NCBI GenBank assembly: GCA_028718605.1
Contig: JAQULM010000001.1
Coordinates: forward strand, 94,693-158,692
DNA length: 64,000 nucleotides
Direction of reading: 5' to 3'
Source: Patescibacteria group bacterium
GTDB lineage: Bacteria; Patescibacteriota; Patescibacteriia; UBA10025; JAHIVO01
Shown: piece by piece, positions 1-7,329 of the stretch
How the letters are laid out: each line of letters starts with the position of its first letter
How positions within the stretch are numbered: position 1 is the stretch's first letter
The notes under the pieces: generated by a model
The model's database searches: none
What the model was told of the DNA's origin: nothing
The model's input: the letters and a program-made list of their open reading frames with translations, nothing else
Translations under genes and position numbers: made by a program

Positions 1-753
1 AATTTCCCCCGCGTGCAATTCATCGATGGAGACCAGCGCTGGTTTGAGCATACCGATATCAAGGGCTTCAGAATGACAATTAGTTCCCATGAAGTGCAGT
101 ATTTGTCCTTTTTTCGCCGTTCCATTAAACACACGACCATATGCCACAACCCCGCGGTATTCATCATAGAATGAATCGAAAATTAAAATCTGCAGTATCG
201 CATCCGGATCTCCCGTGGGTGGCGGTACATTGCGGATAACGCGTTCAAGAATCGCATCAACACCTTTGCCTGTCTTCGCCGATGCGAGGAGAATATCGTC
301 AGCTGAACAACCGATTAATTTGATTAAATCGTTGCGGACCCGTTCGACGTCGGCATTCGGCAAGTCAATTTTGTTAATTACCGGGATGATCACCAAATCC
401 TGCTCCAGCGCTAGATAAAGATTTGCGAGTGTCTGGGCCTCGATCCCCTGGGATGCGTCAACGAGTAAAATTGCTCCCTCGACCGCTGCAAGAGACCGCG
501 AGACTTCATAGGCAAAATCAACATGCCCGGGCGTATCGATGAGATTGAGCTCATACCCCTGATACTGCATGCGAACTGGCTTCAGTTTGATCGTAATACC
601 GCGTTCCCGTTCGAGATCCATCTGGTCTAAAAGCTGGTCGCGCATTTCACGTTTGTTGACGGTTCCGGTTATTTCTAAAAAACGGTCGGCGAGCGTCGAT
701 TTGCCGTGATCAATATGAGCAATGATTGAAAAATTTCTAATGCGTTGTGCCAT
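1..753 (-). CDS. lepA: elongation factor 4 LepA (5' part; runs off window start)
   Basis: Manual translation from ATG at 753: [27 protein letters not shown]...[10 protein letters not shown]...[26 protein letters not shown]; absent from ORF track because its stop lies outside the window. Confidence 0.97.
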   Translation of the reverse strand, partial: MAQRIRNFSIIAHIDHGKSTLADRFLEITGTVNKREMRDQLLDQMDLERERGITIKLKPVRMQYQGYELNLIDTPGHVDFAYEVSRSLAAVEGAILLVDASQGIEAQTLANLYLALEQDLVIIPVINKIDLPNADVERVRNDLIKLIGCSADDILLASAKTGKGVDAILERVIRNVPPPTGDPDAILQILIFDSFYDEYRGVVAYGRVFNGTAKKGQILHFMGTNCHSEALDIGMLKPALVSIDELHAGEI

Positions 754-2374
754 TTGATGATTCCTTTTTTACGCCATTGCTGAATAATTGCTGCCGTGCC
801 TTCCGGACCCACTCAGTTATGATGGTAATTTCGTCGCATTTAAAAACGATAGCTAATAGTAAATACGCTGCAATGCCGATGCAACCGGCGCCGGTGCCCT
901 GAATGAGCACGCCCATAAACGTCTGCATGTTAACGCCGAGATTAATGACATACCGTGCCGCAAACGTAACAGCGCCCGCCATCGCGGAAATCGTGATTAT
1001 TTTCAGTACCGAAAGGATCATGGTGCGGTCATCTAAATATCCAATTCGCTTTCGCAGTACGACGAGCAATAGTATCATCTGGAAAAAACTGGCAATACTG
1101 AATGCGAGCCCAAGGCCAAGCACTCCATAGGGACGAGAGAGAATGATCGCACCAGCACTGTTGATGACGAGTGAAACGATCGCAATTACAACGGGTGTTC
1201 TCGTATCCTGCCATGCATAGAATGAGCGCGCGAGGAGCGGTATCGTACTTTGTGCGAATAATGAAAGTGCGAAAAGACCAAGCGTCTGCGCGGTCAGTTT
1301 TGTATCTTCCCAATCAAAAGCGCCTGCCCCGAGAACCACACGGACGATTTCCGCCCTGAGGACAAGTATCAGCACTGAAAATGGAATTATAACAAATAGT
1401 ATTCGCCTGAAACTGATGGAAAAATGCTGCACAAAAAGCCGGTGGTTTTTTTGGGCAAAAGCCTCACTAAAAAACGGGAATGACGCAACGGCGATTGAAA
1501 CACCAAAAACATTAATCGGAAAGCTCTGGAGATTGTTCGCGAAGGTAAAAACGGCGACCGAGCCGGCGGCCAGTAACGATCCGATGATGACGCTGATGAG
1601 CTGGTCAACCTGCGCAACAGCAAGGCCAAACGTCCGCGGTAACATTAGTTTTCCAATCGTACGAACACCCCGGTCGTGCCAATCAAAAACGGGCCGGTAT
1701 CGGTATCCAATCCGGTGAACTCCCGGAATCTGGACAATAAAATGCAAGAATGAACCGAGCACGACGCCATATGCAAGTCCATACAGTCCATAGCGCGGGA
1801 CGAGCAGTACGATGCCGAGAATAATCCCGATATTATACATGACTGGCGCAAGTGCGAAACTGACGTATCGTTTCAACGAATTGAGCATGCCGGTCATGAC
1901 ATTGCTCGCGCCAAAAAAGACGATCGATACTAACATAATACGTGTCATGTTCACTGTCATGCCTTGCTTCTCCGTGTCGAATCCGGGGGCAATCAGCGGT
2001 ACGATCTGTGGGGCGAATATGAAAAACAAAATGCCAAAGACGACCAGCCCAACAAGTAAAATATTGAGGAGTGAATTCGCGAGGTGCCAGACTTCAGCGT
2101 GGTCCCCCGAATTTTCTTTTGCACGCTGGAGGTACTCGACAAAAACGGGAATAAACGCAGCTGAGAGCGCTCCAAGAACTAGGACATTGAATACGAGATC
2201 GGGTATGCGAAATGCCGCATAGTACGTGTCGAGCTCATCCCCTGCGCCAAATTTGCCTGCAAGCAAACGATCACGAACCAAACCAAGCACTCTGCTCAAT
2301 ACAGATGCGGTCGCTATTATAATCGCACCACCTGTTAAGGTGGTGGTTAATTTTCGCCAAATTTTTAACAACAT
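737..2374 (-). CDS. murJ: lipid II flippase MurJ/MviN
   Basis: [29 protein letters not shown] motifs; multi-TM; ATG at 2374 preferred (TTG 2383 possible). Confidence 0.95.
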   Translation of the reverse strand: MLLKIWRKLTTTLTGGAIIIATASVLSRVLGLVRDRLLAGKFGAGDELDTYYAAFRIPDLVFNVLVLGALSAAFIPVFVEYLQRAKENSGDHAEVWHLANSLLNILLVGLVVFGILFFIFAPQIVPLIAPGFDTEKQGMTVNMTRIMLVSIVFFGASNVMTGMLNSLKRYVSFALAPVMYNIGIILGIVLLVPRYGLYGLAYGVVLGSFLHFIVQIPGVHRIGYRYRPVFDWHDRGVRTIGKLMLPRTFGLAVAQVDQLISVIIGSLLAAGSVAVFTFANNLQSFPINVFGVSIAVASFPFFSEAFAQKNHRLFVQHFSISFRRILFVIIPFSVLILVLRAEIVRVVLGAGAFDWEDTKLTAQTLGLFALSLFAQSTIPLLARSFYAWQDTRTPVVIAIVSLVINSAGAIILSRPYGVLGLGLAFSIASFFQMILLLVVLRKRIGYLDDRTMILSVLKIITISAMAGAVTFAARYVINLGVNMQTFMGVLIQGTGAGCIGIAAYLLLAIVFKCDEITIITEWVRKARQQLFSNGVKKESSNGTTH

Positions 2375-2467
2375 CGTGCTCAAATTATACCGATTTGTAC
2401 ATTATTTCGCAAGTATTTGGTTATTCGATAAAAATGACTACGGTGTCGTAAAACATATTTATATAAT

Positions 2468-2605
2468 AAAAAAGAGCTGCTGGCTACATACTGAAAGCGT
2501 TTATAAATACTAAGCAGTGAGGAGAGAGTTTACCACCCAGTATGTTGTACTTTCTGTACGCGTAGACCAGCAGCTCTTTTTTGCCAATGTTGTCTCATTG
2601 GCAAC
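2468..2605 (-). ncRNA. putative structured small RNA with CUCUCUCCUC loop
   Basis: Downstream of TTGACA-16-TATACT; closing stem AAAAAAGAGCTGCTGG/CCAGCAGCTCTTTTTT, inner stem ACATACTG/CAGTATGT; no ORF; ends in U run. Confidence 0.5.
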
Positions 2606-2610
2606 CAACA

Positions 2611-2638
2611 AGTATATGCTTTTTGATTAATTTGTCAA
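2611..2638 (-). promoter_or_regulatory. sigma70-type promoter
   Basis: Minus strand TTGACA-16 nt-TATACT. Confidence 0.7.
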
Positions 2639-2765
2639 GGTCAGCCCTCGAACGCAGAAAACATTTTTCTGAACTCGAGGGATGGAGGGAAAAGCACGGT
2701 CGTACGTTCGTCAGATGACGAGCATTCGACTATTGTACTTTTCCCTCGCATGAGCCTTGGCGTTA

Positions 2766-3239
2766 TTAGCCCGAGATGCGGATAACCCAGAACGTTCCTT
2801 TCCAAAGCAAGATGGTCGCGCTAATTGCGAGTCCGTAAAAAACAATCGCAAATGGCGGGCAAATCTTCCAGATTCTGGGAACGAAATGAAATCCCCAGTT
2901 GAGGACGAGCGTGCACATGATCAGGTAGAGCCACCCGAACACGGCAAGCAAGAAAGTTCGGAGTACAAAATTATACACGAGGAAATCCAGAAATGAATCC
3001 GCACCCCGATACCGTGCATACCACTCGCTAAACAACTGTACGTTCTGCACCGGCAGAAACGTATAGTGATAGAGAATGAATACCACGGCGAAGAAGTAGC
3101 CGACAAATGTATCGTTCCGGCTGCCCCACCACCTCAGTCCTGCCTTGTTAAACGACAGGAGGCCGAAAATCAAGCTCAAGACAACGAAGTTAATCCCATT
3201 AGCTAGATATGGCCAATACCCAGGAATCGTGGTTTCCAT
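2766..3239 (-). CDS. hypothetical membrane protein (about 4 TM)
   Basis: 157 aa hydrophobic ORF with AGGAG SD upstream. Confidence 0.75.
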   Translation of the reverse strand: METTIPGYWPYLANGINFVVLSLIFGLLSFNKAGLRWWGSRNDTFVGYFFAVVFILYHYTFLPVQNVQLFSEWYARYRGADSFLDFLVYNFVLRTFLLAVFGWLYLIMCTLVLNWGFHFVPRIWKICPPFAIVFYGLAISATILLWKGTFWVIRISG

Positions 3240-3522
3240 AATTTATTCTCCTAACGGCTAAATGTTTACCAACCACGCAACTGGGGGCTAGAAGGCCCGA
3301 ATAGGCCTCGCAGAAGCGGGCATCAGGCCGTGGCGCGAACAATGATGCTCTCTCAGTGCAGGACCAAAAGATATCATCGTATATGCGCCAGTCACTAACC
3401 CTCCATTTGTGTGGTTGGTAAAACGCCGAAAGCTCATGTGTTCTCAAGGAACAGATGCGGATATGAATGCTGTTCGCACCCACGTCTGTTTCTTTGAACG
3501 GCGGCCTTTAAAAGAAAAGGAA

Positions 3523-3560
3523 GTAGGAGAGGCAAGTGGATTGAACACTTGCTCCCCTAC
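3523..3560 (-). terminator. intrinsic terminator
   Basis: Stem GTAGGGGAGCAAGTG/CACTTGCCTCTCCTAC followed by a T-rich tract, just after the lipoprotein stop. Confidence 0.65.
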
Positions 3561-3576
3561 TGAAGTAGTTGAATAC

Positions 3577-4209
3577 CTAGCGATATGAGATTGAATCCGT
3601 ATCGAGGAAGAAGAAGTCCTTCCCGGACAGATAGTCGTGGCATGTCGGCGATGCTAGAGCGGGCAAAGAGTCCACGGGACTTATCTTGCCATACTCAGGC
3701 GGTATGAATTCGATGATTACGGCCGCATTTGCCGGAACGTCGATCGGACCGATGCTGTAGAGTTTGACCCTATCCCCATACACGGAAAAGTACTGCTTGT
3801 GGCCATTGATCCGAATTACCGGTTCAAGGCAATCCGGCTTGGCACCAAGTGTCTTCCGGTCGAACAGAACGATGTAGCGTCCTTCTGGGTTGTGGAGATA
3901 TACTGTGTCTGCAAACACTTGCCATGGAAGAATCCAGGGGTTCTCTTCGCGGTATACCAGATTGTTAACCGGTATGTAGGTCGTGTCGTGCTCAGTGATG
4001 ACTACCAACGTCGTATCGTAGTGCCACCTGTCGATCAACGTAGTGTCATGCACTTGAATCGAGTCGATAACGTAGATATATATCGGATATGGTATCGAGT
4101 CGATATATGTGTCCGGCGCCGTCGGGAGATTCCGAGGTGGGTTATCGCAGCCGATGCTCAGTACCAATACAATGAGCGTCAGTATCAACATCACAATTAA
4201 GTTCTTCAT
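3577..4209 (-). CDS. putative lipoprotein
   Basis: Signal peptide with lipobox SIG-C; (H)DTT-type low-complexity repeats; GGAGGAG SD. Confidence 0.75.
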   Translation of the reverse strand: MKNLIVMLILTLIVLVLSIGCDNPPRNLPTAPDTYIDSIPYPIYIYVIDSIQVHDTTLIDRWHYDTTLVVITEHDTTYIPVNNLVYREENPWILPWQVFADTVYLHNPEGRYIVLFDRKTLGAKPDCLEPVIRINGHKQYFSVYGDRVKLYSIGPIDVPANAAVIIEFIPPEYGKISPVDSLPALASPTCHDYLSGKDFFFLDTDSISYR

Positions 4210-4220
4210 TGCTACTCCTC

Positions 4221-5222
4221 CTAAAACACTTGTACATTGAGCGCGAATCGTACGCTCCAGTTCGAGACCAGCTCACGCCGGTCCCATATCATGTTCTTGC
4301 CATAGCCGACAAGAACTGATCCCTCAAGCCACGGCCGCGTTGTCAACGTAGGCCCGAATTCGATGCACCGGCGTCTGACGAGCATCTGGCTGTAATCGTC
4401 ATTCATGTTGAATTGGCTCAGTGCCACCGTAACGCCAAAGTTCTTCAGCGTATCATTGGGCTCAGGGTCGAGCATGAGCAACCAGATGGTTGCGCCAACT
4501 GACTGAAAGTCAACATGGCCATTTATATACTGGCCTCGTTCGTCCTTAAAGTCCTGGTTGGTCAGAATCCCAGCTCCGTACGTCGCAAACATCGATAGGT
4601 CCTTATCGAACCTTATGTTGCAGCCGACTGACGGAGTCAGGTTGGCAACGTCACGGTTGATGATGACATTGAGGCCGAGGCGGATCGAACGCGCAAGCTT
4701 TGTTAGGGCTGACACACGATCCGTCGTATCGGTCACGTATACGTATGTGGAGCAGATCTCAATCTGGGGTGGAATCGCCGCAAGGCTATCCTTGAGCTTT
4801 TGCAGGTCTGCCATAGTGGCATTCCTGCTCACCACTGTCGCAATCGCGATACGTGACGAGTCGCCGCGTGTCCTGACTTCTCCGGTTTCCTCATGGATTC
4901 GTGTTGAATCAACACCGAACCCGTGAATTAGACGGTTTCTGACGCTATGTCCGCGGGATAATGCTGTGCCCGCATTCTTCGCATCATGCTGGGCATCATA
5001 CCGAATCGCGTCGGCCTGGCCGTACACGACGACCATAACATCGGGATCCGCTTTGAGCGTGTCAGCGATCCGTTGCAGACTACGGTCGAACTGGACCCAG
5101 AATGACTCATTGACCGACATTCCTTTTGCGATCGGGAAGTCGGTAATGATGACAGTCTGTGATTGGACTGCCGTTGCACACGCAAGGCACACAATCACGG
5201 TTAACAAAGACTTCAGGTTCAT
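4221..5222 (-). CDS. OmpA-like peptidoglycan-binding domain plus C-terminal beta-barrel-like domain
   Basis: Sec signal; LQRIADTLKADPDVMVVVYGQAD...NAGTALSRGHSVRNRL...GVDSTRI resembles OmpA_C; amphipathic strands ending VRFALNVQVF. Confidence 0.7.
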   Translation of the reverse strand: MNLKSLLTVIVCLACATAVQSQTVIITDFPIAKGMSVNESFWVQFDRSLQRIADTLKADPDVMVVVYGQADAIRYDAQHDAKNAGTALSRGHSVRNRLIHGFGVDSTRIHEETGEVRTRGDSSRIAIATVVSRNATMADLQKLKDSLAAIPPQIEICSTYVYVTDTTDRVSALTKLARSIRLGLNVIINRDVANLTPSVGCNIRFDKDLSMFATYGAGILTNQDFKDERGQYINGHVDFQSVGATIWLLMLDPEPNDTLKNFGVTVALSQFNMNDDYSQMLVRRRCIEFGPTLTTRPWLEGSVLVGYGKNMIWDRRELVSNWSVRFALNVQVF

Positions 5223-5304
5223 TCAATTACTCCTTTCACCTGAAAAACAGTTATACAGTGTATTTGACAACTTCAATTGGTTACTAGGTATTCAGCTTTC
5301 AAAG

Positions 5305-5600
5305 AGCGTCCCCCATTTCAGCAGACATACGCACATGGCTTATATCCGCTGGGATGGGGAGGGGTATGACAGAACACGTTGCATGTTCTATGCGCCATAC
5401 CCCCTGTGACGGAATTATGGAAGGGGCAATATTGGAGGCGAATGTGCGACATTGTCCGCAATGCGAACCATCGCACGTGGCGCCGATAGCGGAAGTGAAA
5501 TCGCAGTGCAGGACCGCGCTTTACTCCCAGGCCGGGCCTCGAGCCGCTCGAGTTCAACGAGCTGGCCGCTCTCTCCTCCAAAATTTCCCCTTTCACCTTC
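5305..5600 (-). ncRNA. putative highly structured leader/ncRNA
   Basis: Nested stems AGGGGAAATTTTGGAGG/CCTCCAATATTGCCCCT, GGGGTATG..ATAGAACATG/CGTGTTCTGT..CATACCCC, CAGCGGATATA/TATGTCTGCTG; G-U pairs favour the minus strand. Confidence 0.5.
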
Positions 5601-5619
5601 TTATTAAAGCGTATTATTA

Positions 5620-5765
5620 AAAAAAGTGACAAATTTTGTACGTCCTACAAGGAGAGCATACAGAACTTGCCACTTTTACATAAACATTCACCCAGAGTAT
5701 ATAGAATAACTCCAGGGTCTCTCTCCTCGTCTATTCGCTTTTCAAAGGTACTTCCAGCGTGACTC
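5620..5765 (-). ncRNA. conserved leader RNA, copy 1 (GAGGAGAGAG ... terminator-like hairpin with CTCTCCTTG loop)
   Basis: Same architecture as 7100-7222; hairpin AAAAGTGGCAAGTTCTGTA/TACAAAATTTGTCACTTTT plus T run. Confidence 0.5.
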
Positions 5766-5768
5766 AAC

Positions 5769-5815
5769 AGTATATCCGATAGTGTTTCCCCTGTCAAGGG
5801 CAAACATGTGGATAA
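5769..5815 (-). promoter_or_regulatory. sigma70 promoter with adjacent DnaA-box-like site
   Basis: TTGACA-17-TATACT (5769-5797); TGTGGATAA at 5807-5815. Confidence 0.75.
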
Positions 5816-5906
5816 CGGACTTCCAAATATTAACTAACTTTAGCATTATTATAAGCCCTTTCTCCATAAAACATCAGTTGCCATGAATATTTTCAAGAGA
5901 AAGGGC

Positions 5907-5940
5907 TGGTGGGTGTCGTGTGCTCGGCGACACCCACCAA
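5907..5940 (-). terminator. intrinsic terminator-like hairpin
   Basis: TGGTGGGTGTCG/CGACACCCACCA stem right after the stop at 5948. Confidence 0.55.
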
Positions 5941-5947
5941 TGCCTGA

Positions 5948-6325
5948 CTATCCCTGCCGTGACTCAGACTGGTACTGAATCGCGTCGAAAGGAATCCGTA
6001 GAACGTACACCCGTTCGAGTTTGCGCTCGAACAAGGAAAATTTCACACGCACGACTTCATCAATGCGCGCACGTGCAACTGTGACCGGGTAATATTCGAT
6101 GTTCACGATATCATCCTGCGTGAACGTTGTATCGTTTCGCTTGAATGAAAATGCGACATGTTCGACATACCCATTCACGATTGAATCGTGCTGGACATCG
6201 ACCATGTAAACCCGGTCAATGGTCACGTCATAGGTGGCCACTGTCATTTCGGACTTCATCGGAAGTGCGATACTTACGACAACAACCCCCACTAACGTCA
6301 GCACCACAGTCCATGCGTACTTCAT
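5948..6325 (-). CDS. hypothetical N-terminally anchored protein
   Basis: Start re-called at MKYAWTVV (AAGGAG SD); one TM/signal segment. Confidence 0.65.
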   Translation of the reverse strand: MKYAWTVVLTLVGVVVVSIALPMKSEMTVATYDVTIDRVYMVDVQHDSIVNGYVEHVAFSFKRNDTTFTQDDIVNIEYYPVTVARARIDEVVRVKFSLFERKLERVYVLRIPFDAIQYQSESRQG

Positions 6326-6441
6326 TGTACACTCCTTGCTGCATCCATACAGCTGTTTATGTTTATGCCTATCAAAGATCGAATTATTAGTCCTCCTTCC
6401 CAACAAACGATGTTCTATCAATCGTTTGCTCAGAAAGTAGG

Positions 6442-6477
6442 GGCGGGTTCTCGGAGAAAGGAAACGAGAACCCGCCG
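6442..6477 (-). terminator. hairpin/terminator
   Basis: GGCGGGTTCTCG/CGAGAACCCGCC 12-bp stem after the 6497 stop. Confidence 0.55.
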
Positions 6478-6496
6478 ACGCAAGCTTCCATCAGCG

Positions 6497-6715
6497 TTAC
6501 TGCACATCCACGAAGTCGAACTGAACCGGCTTCGCGAACATGCAGGGCGTTATCGGAGCTTGCCATGAATTGTGTGACAGCATATAGGCAGCTTTGAACT
6601 GGCGTTGTGCCAATATCGTACTGCCTTGCTTGGCCGCGAGAAATGTAACAGTCGGCAGCCCAATACTTATAACCGTCACCACAATGAGCCAGAACTTTCC
6701 TGCTGAATCAGACAT
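6497..6715 (-). CDS. small membrane protein (HxSW-CMxA-DVQ paralogue 1)
   Basis: 72 aa, one TM, GGAGG SD; shares motif with neighbour. Confidence 0.65.
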   Translation of the reverse strand: MSDSAGKFWLIVVTVISIGLPTVTFLAAKQGSTILAQRQFKAAYMLSHNSWQAPITPCMFAKPVQFDFVDVQ

Positions 6716-6753
6716 TACGCCTCCCCTTTAATGTTGGCATATGGTACGTCTCG

Positions 6754-6978
6754 TTATTGCACATCCGTGATCGGGACCTGGTTTAGTTCAGCAATCATAC
6801 AATTGCTACTAACGTCCCACGAGTGATGGACGACTTTACCGTCAATGATGATGACGCTTCTGTCATACATTTCCGGATGTACGTTTGCAAAAAATGCTTC
6901 CAGCGCATTACTCCCCCCAAGATATACCCCGGTGAAAATGACGAATGACATTGCCAACATAAACAAGAATCTGGTCAT
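6754..6978 (-). CDS. small membrane protein (HxSW-CMxA-DVQ paralogue 2)
   Basis: Start re-called at MTRFLF; 74 aa, one TM; shares motif with neighbour. Confidence 0.65.
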   Translation of the reverse strand: MTRFLFMLAMSFVIFTGVYLGGSNALEAFFANVHPEMYDRSVIIIDGKVVHHSWDVSSNCMIAELNQVPITDVQ

Positions 6979-7099
6979 ACTTTCCCCCACTTCTTTATAA
7001 AAGATTGCACTTTTTGTTTGCCTTTTTTCTGGAGCATAAAACATATATACTAGTTATATGCTCAAGAAAACGCGCGGACTAACTAAGTATTTACTGCCA

Positions 7100-7222
7100 C
7101 CAAAAAACGAGCAGTCCGTGCAAGGAGAGCCCGTTTCTTGGGATTATATATAGTTAAAAAAATACCCTTCTTTTTTGCTCTCTCCTCGTTGAAAATACAG
7201 TTGTGAAATAACGATGTAACCA
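7100..7222 (-). ncRNA. conserved leader RNA, copy 2
   Basis: ACGAGGAGAGAG ... AAGAAACGGGC-TCTCCTTGCACGGACT-GCTCGTTTTTT. Confidence 0.5.
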
Positions 7223-7225
7223 CAC

Positions 7226-7269
7226 ACTATATACCATAATGTTTCCAGTGTCAAGGGGTGGTATCCACA
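7226..7269 (-). promoter_or_regulatory. sigma70 promoter with adjacent DnaA-box-like site
   Basis: TTGACA-17-TATAGT (7226-7254); GTATCCACA (1 mismatch to TTATCCACA) at 7261-7269. Confidence 0.7.
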
Positions 7270-7329
7270 GATCGATAATCAGCCCAAAAAAACGCCCTTT
7301 TCTGGGCGTTCGCAATGAAATGCCTATGA

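Noticed and set aside
5318-5632. ORFs 5318-5632(-) and 5354-5620(+)
   Set aside because: No recognisable motifs; the region is better explained by RNA structure
2645-7000. Integron cassette array
   Set aside because: Genes are co-oriented and hairpin-separated, but I found no RYYYAAC/GTTRRRY boxes or integrase, and the units have their own promoters
5807-7269. Replication origin from DnaA boxes
   Set aside because: Only isolated boxes, no cluster and no dnaA nearby
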